A stretch of 61,584 bases of DNA, the filler included. It is 4 parts of 4 records of this genome, joined end to end, with 100 filler letters (N's around TTAATTAATTAA, not from the genome) between each part and the next. Parts side by side here need not be neighbours in the genome. Positions count along the whole stretch, not along the records: positions 1 to 31,064 come from SRR31156797_6986; 3 more parts are not named here. One strand, written 5' to 3'. Below the pieces are notes generated by a model that saw only the letters and a program-made list of their open reading frames with translations, was not told the origin of the DNA and did not search any database. Both the position numbers and the translations under genes were made by a program. Every line of letters begins with the position of its first letter. Position 1 is the first letter of the stretch. Positions 20,684 to 30,592 of the stretch are shown piece after piece.

Positions 20684-21994
20684 TTATCTATCGAGATACA
20701 TCGACAATTCACGAGGGGTAACATGGGTTCGATGTCCTTCCCACTCCTTGGTTTTTAATGCCATGAAGTTTTGGTAGGTTTCTTCTCCGAGTGTCTGCTT
20801 GAGAAATGAACTCCCTTCGGCCTCCGCCAGGGCTTCAAACATGGTTTTAGGTAGAAAACGCTTATCCCATATTTTAGTTGATAGATCTTTACTGGAAATA
20901 TCATTTGTGGATTGTTCTCCGCAGGCGATATTATTCCTGATGCCTTCCAGGCCCATTGCTATTAAAATGGCCACTTGAAGGTATACATTCCCCGCTGGAT
21001 CTGGATTCCTGAGCTCGAGCCTGGTACTCTGCGGGTTGGGACAGTAAGGGATCCTGACCATAGAACTTCGGTTCTTAAAACCCCAGTTACAGATAATGGG
21101 TGCTTCCCGTTCTATAACATATGCTTTGTAGGAATTGAAGGTGGAGGCCATAATAATGGATGTTTCTCTGGCATATTTAAGAATACCGCCGATAAAGTAC
21201 CTGGCGATGGGACCGATATTATGCGCAGCGTTTTTGTCATAGAAAACATTTTTCCCTTCGAGATCCTGAATAGAAAGATGCAGGTGAAGAGCATTCCGGT
21301 TGTACCCATCAAAGGGTTTGGGCATGAAGGTGGCTCGATATCCGAATTCTGCAGCAGTTTGCTGAGTGACATAATTAAATAGGACAGTACGGTCAGCGCC
21401 GCTCAGGGGATCTGTGGGTTCGAGGTTTATCTCATGTTGAGATGGCGTAACCTCGTGGTGGGCTTTTTCGAAGGCAATTCCGCTTTCTTTTAGGATATTA
21501 ACTATTTTATTTCTGACAGCTTCCCCTTTATCATGGGGACTTGATTGAAAGTAGAGGCCTTCATCCGTGTGCAGGTTCTTCTTGTTTTTTGCATTTTTTA
21601 GTAGAAAAAATTCATGTTCCGGCCCCAAGAGAAATTTAAAACCGAACTCCCGTTCAGCATCAACCAAAATGTTTTTCAGAATGGCCCTCGGGTCTGCTTG
21701 AGCTGGTTTATCTTTTTCGTTGTAAATACTGGCAATGAAAAATCCTACAGTCTCATCTGAAAATTTTAAAACTTTAAAACTATCTGGGTTTGGAAACAAG
21801 AGACGGTCACTGCTGTCGACAGTCCCGTAGCCTGCAATAGAACTGCCATCAAATCCGATACCATTTTCGAAGATGGATTCAATGTTATCGGGGTTAACTG
21901 GTAGACTCATGATTCTACCGTTAAAATCTGTAAAAAAAATCTTTGTGCTATCGACAGTCTCAAGTTCTTTTTTAATCTCTTTCAAGTTCGCCAT
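20684..21994 (-). CDS. Glutamine synthetase-family ligase with an altered glutamate site
   Basis: FDGSS, PEHEFF, HHEV, QHEI, FMPKP, EAP, NRS, RLELRNPD. Confidence 0.92.
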   Translation of the reverse strand: MANLKEIKKELETVDSTKIFFTDFNGRIMSLPVNPDNIESIFENGIGFDGSSIAGYGTVDSSDRLLFPNPDSFKVLKFSDETVGFFIASIYNEKDKPAQADPRAILKNILVDAEREFGFKFLLGPEHEFFLLKNAKNKKNLHTDEGLYFQSSPHDKGEAVRNKIVNILKESGIAFEKAHHEVTPSQHEINLEPTDPLSGADRTVLFNYVTQQTAAEFGYRATFMPKPFDGYNRNALHLHLSIQDLEGKNVFYDKNAAHNIGPIARYFIGGILKYARETSIIMASTFNSYKAYVIEREAPIICNWGFKNRSSMVRIPYCPNPQSTRLELRNPDPAGNVYLQVAILIAMGLEGIRNNIACGEQSTNDISSKDLSTKIWDKRFLPKTMFEALAEAEGSSFLKQTLGEETYQNFMALKTKEWEGHRTHVTPRELSMYLDR

Positions 21995-22109
21995 ATTGCA
22001 GGTATCCTAATGGGTGTTTTAAATCTCTTTTTGTGTGTATTTTTCCCTTTTCCGCTGCAGTAGTGTCCGGTGATAGCAATGCATGTATAAAAATTTTCCA
22101 TCTGCCGCA

Positions 22110-22142
22110 TAATGTGTAATGTCTAATGTCTAATGTCGACAA
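22110..22142. promoter_or_regulatory. Putative GntR operator: heptamer repeats ending in a TGTCGACA palindrome
   Basis: TAATGTG-TAATGTC-TAATGTC-TAATGTC-GACAA upstream of the GS-like gene. Confidence 0.65.
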
Positions 22143-22194
22143 CCAGTCGTTTGAAAGTTCCCTTCGATATGTTTTCGTATCATACACCCCTTTG

Positions 22195-22842
22195 TTACCC
22201 TTTTTGCAGGGAAGCTATTTTTGTTCCTGTTTCGGTGTAATGGTCGCGAACGACCTGTTCGACCTGTGACATCTCATGCGATTTGAGCGCATCGACGATT
22301 CGCTGGTGACGGTTGCCAATCTCTTCCTGGTTGTAAAGTTTCGGCCAGTGCTTGAAAAAGAGGATGTGGAGTTTAAGACTCAAGCGCTGGGTATACTCGA
22401 TGAGCTGAATATTATTGTTTTTGCTGATGAGCAGACTGTGAAAGTCGTCACCAGCCTTAACGACCATTTTTCGGTTGTTTTTGCTGGCATATTTTTCCAT
22501 CATCTTTGCCATGCCGCTTAGCTCTTCGATCTCATCTTCGCTGAATTGGTCGCGTGTGGTTCCTATTGCATATCCTTCCAAGACTCCTCGGGTGATATAG
22601 GCATCGACGATTTCTTTTGGGGAGAGTTGGGTAATATAGTTGCCCACCTGTGGGCGGTATTCAATGATCCCATTACTGATGAGCTCTTTTAAACCTTCAC
22701 GGATGGGCGCCCTGCTTATACCCATTTCATTTGAAAGGGAGCTCTCTTTGACCTGGTCACCGGGAGTAAGGGTGCCATCCAAAATCAAATTGTACAGATA
22801 TTCAACAACTTGGTCTTTGTAAGTTCGTTTGACGATGACCAT
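22195..22842 (-). CDS. GntR (FadR/FCD) family transcriptional regulator
   Basis: wHTH with LSNEMGISRAPIREGL; FCD domain with DDFH and H-x-x-I-V-D-A-L. Confidence 0.93.
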   Translation of the reverse strand: MVIVKRTYKDQVVEYLYNLILDGTLTPGDQVKESSLSNEMGISRAPIREGLKELISNGIIEYRPQVGNYITQLSPKEIVDAYITRGVLEGYAIGTTRDQFSEDEIEELSGMAKMMEKYASKNNRKMVVKAGDDFHSLLISKNNNIQLIEYTQRLSLKLHILFFKHWPKLYNQEEIGNRHQRIVDALKSHEMSQVEQVVRDHYTETGTKIASLQKG

Positions 22843-22876
22843 TCTTAATTTCCTGTAAATTTCATCAGTTTTCAGT

Positions 22877-22896
22877 GTTAGTCGATTGTCGACATT
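22877..22896. promoter_or_regulatory. Second putative GntR operator (autoregulation)
   Basis: GTTAGTC-GATTGTC-GACATT containing TGTCGACA at 22887-22894, 45 nt upstream of the GntR start. Confidence 0.6.
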
Positions 22897-23093
22897 GGGG
22901 TCGTGTAACCTTTTTTGCCTATTGATAGCAAGGGAAAAATAGAATTAAGGAATTTTTCTTAACCACTTCTCATAAGCAGTAGGGTGGTTACTGTACATCA
23001 GGCCTTTCATCTGAAGTAGGCAGAGCTGCTCATTAAAAATGTATAGAAACAAACTTGGCAGGCACACTGGTTGATGAAAATGCAGTTGCCTTT

Positions 23094-24068
23094 TTAGCCC
23101 AGCTGTCGAATGACATCTCTCGCAATTCTTTCGCTGTATGTGTTCAGTTTCCAGTGGTCAGGGCTCCAGCCTTTAAGGAAACGGAGAAAATCCGTCCAGG
23201 CATAAGGGTAAAGATTTCGCCACTCCGCCTCTACTGTTGGAAAGTCGATTTCTGGCTTGCACGCGGCAAGAGCCCCCTGTAGAGCTGTGAAGTAGGTATT
23301 CAGTAACCAGCTTTCCAGACGCTCGCAATCATTATCCCCAAGACAACTGCCGATAAAATAAGCTACATCTTTCATGCCGCATCCACCACCAACGTATTGG
23401 AAATCCACCGCGGCCACCTTTTCGCCATCATGAGAAAAACAAAAATTTGCAAGCTTGGCGTCTCCGTGTACAAGTGTTTGATTCCGACAATCCTGCAATA
23501 CTCTATCAATCCTGCTAGCAGCATGTTTAAGTGCAGGATCATCCAGGGCTTCTAATTCTTCCGGTCGCGTTTCCAAGTGCCAGTAGGTGCCTTGAGACCA
23601 CAACCCTGTAGGTTTGGCTTCCATCCAGGTCGCGTGAAACCAGGCAAGCCATTTAAGACAGGCGATAATTTCTTTTTTTCCGACTACCTCTCGACGATCT
23701 GGAAAACCTACAGAATCCAGGTCTTCCAGAACGATCACCGTCTCTGCGTCAAATTGTTCTACAGCCAGGCAATGTGGAATCCGGCATTCATCAGGACACA
23801 GATAAGCCCAGTTGGTGTACCATTCTGTTTCCACTTTATACGACCGCAGCTTACGGTGATGTCCAAGGTCAGTATTCCATCCCCGTGGGTGGTCTCTCCC
23901 ATCCAGCAGATTTACATGCTTCATGACAATGGTGGAAATGGTGCTCCCTGTTAATCGATAGCGCTGGATCGCCCCGTAACCGCTCCACAGTTCCTGAATT
24001 TCTTCAATCAGTTCTATATCAGTGGCGCCTGTTGCTTTTAGAGCACAATCAAAAATATCGTTTTGCAT
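23094..24068 (-). CDS. Aminoglycoside/choline-kinase-like phosphotransferase (ecdysteroid kinase-like family)
   Basis: HGDAKLANF catalytic loop and VDFQYVG metal-binding motif. Confidence 0.85.
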   Translation of the reverse strand: MQNDIFDCALKATGATDIELIEEIQELWSGYGAIQRYRLTGSTISTIVMKHVNLLDGRDHPRGWNTDLGHHRKLRSYKVETEWYTNWAYLCPDECRIPHCLAVEQFDAETVIVLEDLDSVGFPDRREVVGKKEIIACLKWLAWFHATWMEAKPTGLWSQGTYWHLETRPEELEALDDPALKHAASRIDRVLQDCRNQTLVHGDAKLANFCFSHDGEKVAAVDFQYVGGGCGMKDVAYFIGSCLGDNDCERLESWLLNTYFTALQGALAACKPEIDFPTVEAEWRNLYPYAWTDFLRFLKGWSPDHWKLNTYSERIARDVIRQLG

Positions 24069-24160
24069 AAATATAAGAAATCGCTTTGGGAGTACGAGTT
24101 AGTGGATGAATACTATCATGAATGATGGGCTAGTATAGTTGTATGACTTTTCTTTTTCAG

Positions 24161-27100
24161 TCAGTGTTTTCTCAGCAGGTTGAAATCATCAAAGACAGCA
24201 TAGAGAGCTGGTATCACCAGCAGCACAAGTATGGTTGTCATTAGCAGGCCAAAGACAATGGAGCATGCTAACGGAATAAGGATTTGGGCCTGCATGGAGC
24301 GTTCTGCCATCAGAGGAAGCAATCCCATGATGGTGGTGAGCGAGGTGAGAAATACCGCACGAAACCTGTCACGACTGGCCTGTCTGGCTGCATCCATGGC
24401 GGCTTCACCTTTATCCATGTGATTGCGGATAAATGTCACCAGCAGAATCGAGTCGTTCACTACGATACCAGCCAAGGAAATGAATCCCATTATACTAGGC
24501 ATACTTAAATCAAGGCCAAGAAGGATGTGCCCCCAGATGACGCCGATCAACGCAAATGGGATCAGGACCATAACAATGATCGGCTCCAGATAGCTTTTAA
24601 ACTGCAGACTGAGAATTATAAATACCCCGAAAATTCCTATGAAAAAGGCTTTTACCATACCTGCCATGGCCGTTTTTCCTTCTTTTGCCTGGCCTTCCAG
24701 CAATACAGAGACATCCGGAAATTCTTTGCCAAGTTTAGGCCGGAAGTTGTCGCGTGTGTGTTGGATAACTTCGTTTGCATTTGCTTTTGCGGTATCTATA
24801 TCGCCGGTGACAGTGACTGTCCTGAGTGAATTTATTCTATTAATGCTGGCAAAACCACGGCCCTGTTCCACTGTCGCAACGGACTGCAGTGGTACCCTTT
24901 TTCCTTCCGAACTAACCACATAAAATGAGGAGAGGTCGGTAACGAACTGTCGGTTTTCATCGGCGATTTTCACCATTATTTCATAAGATTCTCCACCATA
25001 CTGGACTTCGCTTACAATACTGCCGTAAAAGGAGGCGCGCAGCTGACTGGCTATGGTTTTGGCGGTAAAGCCCATGGCAAGTGCACCCTTGTTCATTTTG
25101 ATTCTGAACTCTGGTTTTCCGGGGCGCAGGTTATCATTGAGATCAACCACTCCATCATAATGGCTAAGCCAGTCAATCAGCTTGATAGAGGCCATTTTTA
25201 GTCGATTAAGATCGTGTCCCTGGAGCTGTAGTTCTATAGCCAGACCACCGGGGCCAATACTTGGTTCTTTGAAACTGATATTTATTATATCGCTTATAGT
25301 GCCAAGGTGCTTCCGCCAACTATTGGTGATGGAATCGATGGAGCTGTTGCGTTCCTCTGCGCTCAGAAGATCAAGAGATACTGTTGCCACATGGGGTCCG
25401 GTCTCACCAGCGTCTGCATTAGTGTTAAAGAGTACACTATAGTTCTCAATGAGCGGCTTTTGACCAGGTTGCTCCGGTGTTAGCTCTTTATTAATCTGCA
25501 ATATGGCGGCTATAACCTTGTCTACGACTTCCTCTGTACGTTTAAATGAAGTGCCCTGGGGCATGAGAATTCTGGCCTGGAGCACATCCCCCTCTGTATC
25601 GGGAAAGGCTTTCACCTTCAAAAAGCCTCCTGCAATCATGGAAAGAGAAGAAATAAACAGGAACATTACAAAGCCAAGCATAAGATAACGGTGGTTTACA
25701 ACCGTATCTACGGCCCTGCCAAGTACATTTTCTCGTATGTTATCAATAATTCTATCGAATTTTTTTCTGAACCCTGTGGAGGATGTACGGTTGTAGCCAG
25801 TGAGAGAGTGCGAGAGATGGTTTGGCAGAATGGTAAAGGCCTCGACGATGCTAATCGAGATGGTCAATATTAGCATTACAGGGATTGCATAGAGTACCTT
25901 GCCGATATCCCCTTGCATACTGAGGGCGAGCGCGCCGAACACAAAGAGTGTGGTGAAAAAAGATGAGAACACCCCAGAAGCCACTTCTGAAACACCGTCA
26001 ATGGTCGCCTGCAATGGTTTTTTCCCATCCTCCAGATGAGTGACCACATTTTCAGCTATGACTATTGCATCATCCATCAGAATACCTATGGCAATCAGCA
26101 AACCAACCATGGTAAGCATATTGAAAGAGAATCCGATCTGTTCCATGAAGAAAAACGTCATACAGAACGAAACGGGCAGTCCCATAGCAACCCAGAATGA
26201 TACTCGGAAGTTGAAAAACAGCCAAAGGGTAAGAAAGACCAAAAATAATCCCTCAAGCCCGTTGATGGTTAGCATTTCAAGTCTGTCCCGGACGATCTTC
26301 GAGGTATTTTGGGTGATTACAAAATCAACCCCTGGAGCGACCAGCTGTTTTTCCGATTCCAGAAAAGCTGAGATCTCATCCATGATCCCCAGAGCATCTT
26401 CAGACTTGTTTTTATTAATCTGCAGTAACCCGGCCCGCTTACCATTGAAACGAATACTGTTTTCCTTATCCTCAAATCTGTCGGTAATAGTAGCAATATC
26501 CAGGAGTCGTATCTCACCTCCCATGGGGCCCGAAGCAATAACCAGCTTCCCCAACTCATAGGGAGTAAGGCGCTCTTCTGTAAAACGGACAAGGTAATCG
26601 GTTTGATCCGTCTCTATACTACCTACCGGCATATCTATGGACTGGTTTTGCAGCACGTCCTGGATATCGTTCACCGAAAGCCCTAATCGCATGAGGTTGT
26701 GTTTGGGAATCTCTATCTGCAGTTGATGCTCTGAGAAGCCAAGAATATCGACCTGAGATACCAACGGTAGTTTTTTTATTTTTTCCTTAAGCTGTTCACA
26801 GAAAATTTTTAGGTGCGGTTCGCTCATGGGGCCGGTCACCGCTATGGAGAGTACCTGGTCCGTCCGGTTTAACCGCTTGACGATAACGTCTTCGACCTCT
26901 TCAGGAAAATTGGAAATAGCCTCCACTTCTGTTTTTATATCATTTAAAAATTCAGTGGCATTAGCACCATCCAGCATTTCAAGAGTGACTGTTGCCATGC
27001 CTTCTGTAGCTTTTGAGGTCACCTTGAATAAGTTGGATATACCTTCTACCGATTCTTCGATTCGCTCACATACTGCCGATTCAACATCTTCAGCTGTCGC

Positions 27101-27271
27101 CCCGGGATAGACAGCAGTAACGGAAACTTCAGTAGAGGCAAAGTCCGGAAAGGTTTCCCTGTGGATATCACCCATGGTCATCAAACCAAGGAGTATAAAC
27201 AGGATCATCAACAGGTTGGCTGCCGTCGGGTGAGCCGCAAGAGGGCCAATCCAGGATTTCATAAATTTCAT
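24161..27271 (-). CDS. RND efflux permease (AcrB/CzcA family)
   Basis: About 1036 aa; GILMDDAIVIAEN, GIVVNDSI, RFRAVFLTSLTT. ATG 27271 after AAGGAG. Confidence 0.95.
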   Translation of the reverse strand: MKFMKSWIGPLAAHPTAANLLMILFILLGLMTMGDIHRETFPDFASTEVSVTAVYPGATAEDVESAVCERIEESVEGISNLFKVTSKATEGMATVTLEMLDGANATEFLNDIKTEVEAISNFPEEVEDVIVKRLNRTDQVLSIAVTGPMSEPHLKIFCEQLKEKIKKLPLVSQVDILGFSEHQLQIEIPKHNLMRLGLSVNDIQDVLQNQSIDMPVGSIETDQTDYLVRFTEERLTPYELGKLVIASGPMGGEIRLLDIATITDRFEDKENSIRFNGKRAGLLQINKNKSEDALGIMDEISAFLESEKQLVAPGVDFVITQNTSKIVRDRLEMLTINGLEGLFLVFLTLWLFFNFRVSFWVAMGLPVSFCMTFFFMEQIGFSFNMLTMVGLLIAIGILMDDAIVIAENVVTHLEDGKKPLQATIDGVSEVASGVFSSFFTTLFVFGALALSMQGDIGKVLYAIPVMLILTISISIVEAFTILPNHLSHSLTGYNRTSSTGFRKKFDRIIDNIRENVLGRAVDTVVNHRYLMLGFVMFLFISSLSMIAGGFLKVKAFPDTEGDVLQARILMPQGTSFKRTEEVVDKVIAAILQINKELTPEQPGQKPLIENYSVLFNTNADAGETGPHVATVSLDLLSAEERNSSIDSITNSWRKHLGTISDIINISFKEPSIGPGGLAIELQLQGHDLNRLKMASIKLIDWLSHYDGVVDLNDNLRPGKPEFRIKMNKGALAMGFTAKTIASQLRASFYGSIVSEVQYGGESYEIMVKIADENRQFVTDLSSFYVVSSEGKRVPLQSVATVEQGRGFASINRINSLRTVTVTGDIDTAKANANEVIQHTRDNFRPKLGKEFPDVSVLLEGQAKEGKTAMAGMVKAFFIGIFGVFIILSLQFKSYLEPIIVMVLIPFALIGVIWGHILLGLDLSMPSIMGFISLAGIVVNDSILLVTFIRNHMDKGEAAMDAARQASRDRFRAVFLTSLTTIMGLLPLMAERSMQAQILIPLACSIVFGLLMTTILVLLVIPALYAVFDDFNLLRKH

Positions 27272-27284
27272 TAAAGGCTCTCCT

Positions 27285-28640
27285 TTACTTGCGAACACCC
27301 AGATTATTTATCCTGGCAGAAAGTTCCTTATTGACCACAGGTTGAAGGAGCATGCCATTGATGGCGGGGACCAAGTCCGTAGTAATAACTTTATTGCCTG
27401 CTTGCAGGCCGCTATGTATAACCGCCATGTCCCGCATCACCATTTCCACTGTCACGGCCTGTTTTTTTAACCTGTTTTCAGCGTCGACCAAATGAACCGC
27501 ACCGTTATGGATTGCTTGAAAAGGAATGACAAAGCGGTTTTCCCTCGGGCTGCCACTCAGCTCTACCTCGGCATAGAAGTTTGGGACAAGCGGTGGACGC
27601 TCGGAAGGAATAACTTTTTCATAAGGTTGATCAACCTCCACGAAAACGGTTATGGCCCCGGTATCGAGATCTATTGCGTCACTGGTACGCATGAAGGTGC
27701 CTTCCCATTCTGCTTTTTTGTTAAAAAGCGGAACACGGACTGTGGCCGAAATGCCAATCATTTTACGTATGGCATCCATATTGAGTTTTGTGACGGAAAA
27801 AGGTGACAACGTACCAACTTTTTGGGACAAGAGATTGGAAAAGTCAGTGGGAGAAAGCTGTACAGGTATCTCAACTTTTGAAATGTTCACCGCTTTAACG
27901 AGCATGGCACCTGCCTGGGCAAACTGATTGAGTTCGATATTCACCTCTGCAAGTCGACAATCAAATGGTGCTCTGATGACTGTTTTCTCGATATCGAGAC
28001 GGAGCTCACTCAAACTTGATACATCAGATTTTTTTTTGGCTTGCAGAGCCGTTTCCTGGGTTGGAATGAGCTTGAGGGTGTTAGTCAAATTATCTACGCT
28101 TGTCTGTTGGACTAACAGAGTGGTCTTTTCTTCCTCCAGGCGTGAAGCTGAAATAACTTTTTTCTCATGCAGCTTCTTTTTTCGCTCAAAATCCTGTTTT
28201 GCTAGTTTAAGTTTCTGCCGCTCAATTGTCAGAAGTTTTTTGGTGTTTATTTTTTGCTGGGCGAGTTCTTTTAGCTGAGCATCAATACTCATCACATTGG
28301 CTAAACCTCTGCTTTCCGCAAGTCCATAGCTCTGCGGATCTATTCGCACCAGAAGATCGCCCTTTGCAATAAAAGCACCTTTTTCCAGTTCAGGGTGAAT
28401 TTCCACAATTTTACCGTCAACCTCGGGCAATGCCTCCCATGTTTCAGTAGGTTGAACATAGCCGTAACCGGTAACTCGAGGGATGATTGTCATCGGTTGA
28501 GTTGTAACCACATTTACTGTGCGTGACTTTTCTGTGAGCTGGGGCCTGGAAGGTCCTTTTTTATTATTCACCATGATAAAGAAAAGCAGCAACCCTGCAG
28601 CAATCGGAATAAAAAAGAGTAGTTTTTTGTTAATTTTCAT
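27285..28640 (-). CDS. RND membrane fusion (periplasmic adaptor) protein
   Basis: N-terminal TM, PEVDGKIVEI, coiled-coil hairpin, IRAPFD. Confidence 0.92.
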   Translation of the reverse strand: MKINKKLLFFIPIAAGLLLFFIMVNNKKGPSRPQLTEKSRTVNVVTTQPMTIIPRVTGYGYVQPTETWEALPEVDGKIVEIHPELEKGAFIAKGDLLVRIDPQSYGLAESRGLANVMSIDAQLKELAQQKINTKKLLTIERQKLKLAKQDFERKKKLHEKKVISASRLEEEKTTLLVQQTSVDNLTNTLKLIPTQETALQAKKKSDVSSLSELRLDIEKTVIRAPFDCRLAEVNIELNQFAQAGAMLVKAVNISKVEIPVQLSPTDFSNLLSQKVGTLSPFSVTKLNMDAIRKMIGISATVRVPLFNKKAEWEGTFMRTSDAIDLDTGAITVFVEVDQPYEKVIPSERPPLVPNFYAEVELSGSPRENRFVIPFQAIHNGAVHLVDAENRLKKQAVTVEMVMRDMAVIHSGLQAGNKVITTDLVPAINGMLLQPVVNKELSARINNLGVRK

Positions 28641-28761
28641 TATCGTGCCTCATCCACGTTGGTGTGTTGCGTTCTCTTATCAAGTTGTACATGCTCACAG
28701 GGTATATAATACCTTGTTATCTTAGCTTAAACTTATTGGTCTGGAGCGTTTGTTCATATTA

Positions 28762-29370
28762 TTATCGCCGAATACAATCCCAGCAAGATGCAGCAATTCC
28801 TGTTATAATCTCATCGTCAAGTTCCATAAAACCTTGGCCCACATGCTTCAGGATAAATGTCATTGGCCCCATAGCTAATGCAATTAAAATCTGGAGAGGG
28901 AAATCTTTGATAATTCCCTGTTTTTTTCCGTTCATGAGAATTCGATTCATTGGATAGAAGATAGGCTTGCTGTTCGGGTTGGCTAAAACGGCATCAAGAG
29001 TTTTTTTTCGATATGCAATACCCATAGGAGAATTTAGGTATTGTTCCATAAAGGCATGGTGTAATGGCAATCGCAGACCAGTAGAAAGAAAATCACAGAC
29101 GAATTGAAGGAATTGTGTATGTACCGATGCATTTTTGTCAAAATTCTGAACTGCCGGGCCAAAGACAAGGGTTCCTATGTATAAAGCTGTAGTACCTATA
29201 AGGTCATTTTTATTGTTGAAGTAACGATATATTGTACCTTCTCCGACATTAGCAGACTTAGCAATCTTCCCGGTTGTGGTCCTATCAAAGCCTTCTTCTG
29301 CAAGAGTAATGATTGTTGCTTCAATTATCGCCAGTTTTTTACTTGGCCATTGGTCAGTGTGCAGTTCCAT
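28762..29370 (-). CDS. TetR/AcrR family regulator
   Basis: GFDRTTTGKIAKSANVGEGTIYRYFNNK HTH. Confidence 0.93.
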   Translation of the reverse strand: MELHTDQWPSKKLAIIEATIITLAEEGFDRTTTGKIAKSANVGEGTIYRYFNNKNDLIGTTALYIGTLVFGPAVQNFDKNASVHTQFLQFVCDFLSTGLRLPLHHAFMEQYLNSPMGIAYRKKTLDAVLANPNSKPIFYPMNRILMNGKKQGIIKDFPLQILIALAMGPMTFILKHVGQGFMELDDEIITGIAASCWDCIRR

Positions 29371-29385
29371 CTTATCTCCTTAAGG

Positions 29386-29409
29386 TGCGGAGTGAGCGCT
29401 CACTCCGCA
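29386..29409. promoter_or_regulatory. Putative TetR operator
   Basis: Perfect 24-bp palindrome TGCGGAGTGAGCGCTCACTCCGCA immediately upstream of the tetR SD. Confidence 0.75.
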
Positions 29410-29654
29410 TGCATATTCTAATTTCTAGTAGCTGTCAATAGGTGTTACAAACCGCAAAGAGGCCAACAAAGAGATTTGGGCTTTCTAGCAAATATTGAAA
29501 AATGAGACGCTTTTTCTCGGAATCTAGAATGTGAAGTAGGAAATATCTTGGAATATGTAGATGAATAATCTTCATAATTTCATTAGCATGGGGCTCCAAG
29601 GAAGAATCTCCATCGCGGCACCTTCCAGCTTGCCCCTTTCCAGGATTTTTGAAA

Positions 29655-30521
29655 ATGAAAAAAGCAAACCTAGAACTTCATGTTGCCGTATTCCTATTTG
29701 GAATAACCGGTCTTTTCGGGAAATTTATCACTGCAAGTCCGCTTGTTATCGTTTTCGGACGGACTGCTTCTGCTGCAGCCATAATAATGCTTGGCCTGAA
29801 GCTCTACAAGGTGGGGCTGGTTGCTTCCTCCAAGAGGGCTCATATTCTCATGTTGCTTTCTGGATTGGTACTTACGGTGCACTGGGTGATATTCTTTTAC
29901 TCAATACAGCTATCAACGGTTGCTATAGGAGTTATTGGTTTTTCAACTTTTCCTGTGTTTGTAACTTTTTTTGAACCGGTATTGTTTAAACAAAAGCTCC
30001 GCAAGGTAGATATAGCAAGTGGTGCATTGGTCGTTGTTGGCTTGCTGCTTGTAGTCCCAGGGCTGTCACTTTCAGATTCGTCAACCGTAGGTTTGCTATG
30101 GGCAGTCCTTTCAGGGGCATTGTATGCTGTTTTGGCTTTGATGAATCGGCATCTTGTTGAAACCAACTCGTTTATGCTCATCACTTTTTATCAGCACTCA
30201 ACAGGTGCACTATGTTTGTTACCATTCGTATTAGCCGGTGCAGACTCCCCTGACCTTAGAACGATCTGGCTATTGATAGTATTGGGTGTAGTATGCACAG
30301 CACTGCCACAGTCTCTTTTCATAAAATCACTGAAAGTGGTTAAAGCACAACTGGCAAGTGTTGTAATAGGTCTGGAGTCTGTGTATGGAATCATTTTTGC
30401 CGCACTATTTCTTGGGGAGATCCCTAGCCTGCGAACTGTTGCAGGCGCAGTTGTTGTCTTAGGGGCTGTCATGCTTGCCATGAAGGCTCATTCAACTTCT
30501 GAAAAGGAACTCGGCAGCTAG
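29655..30521 (+). CDS. DMT/EamA family transporter
   Basis: About 10 hydrophobic segments in two repeats; LESVYGII motif. Confidence 0.9.
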   Translation: MKKANLELHVAVFLFGITGLFGKFITASPLVIVFGRTASAAAIIMLGLKLYKVGLVASSKRAHILMLLSGLVLTVHWVIFFYSIQLSTVAIGVIGFSTFPVFVTFFEPVLFKQKLRKVDIASGALVVVGLLLVVPGLSLSDSSTVGLLWAVLSGALYAVLALMNRHLVETNSFMLITFYQHSTGALCLLPFVLAGADSPDLRTIWLLIVLGVVCTALPQSLFIKSLKVVKAQLASVVIGLESVYGIIFAALFLGEIPSLRTVAGAVVVLGAVMLAMKAHSTSEKELGS

Positions 30522-30592
30522 CATTACTTACAATATATAAATGCATTATCGTGCAGTATCGCGTCATCGATCAACGCTGGTGATTTTGTCTG

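Noticed and set aside
20684-21994. Calling the gene housekeeping glnA
   Set aside because: The glutamate-binding residues are substituted and the context is a GntR/aminomutase unit.
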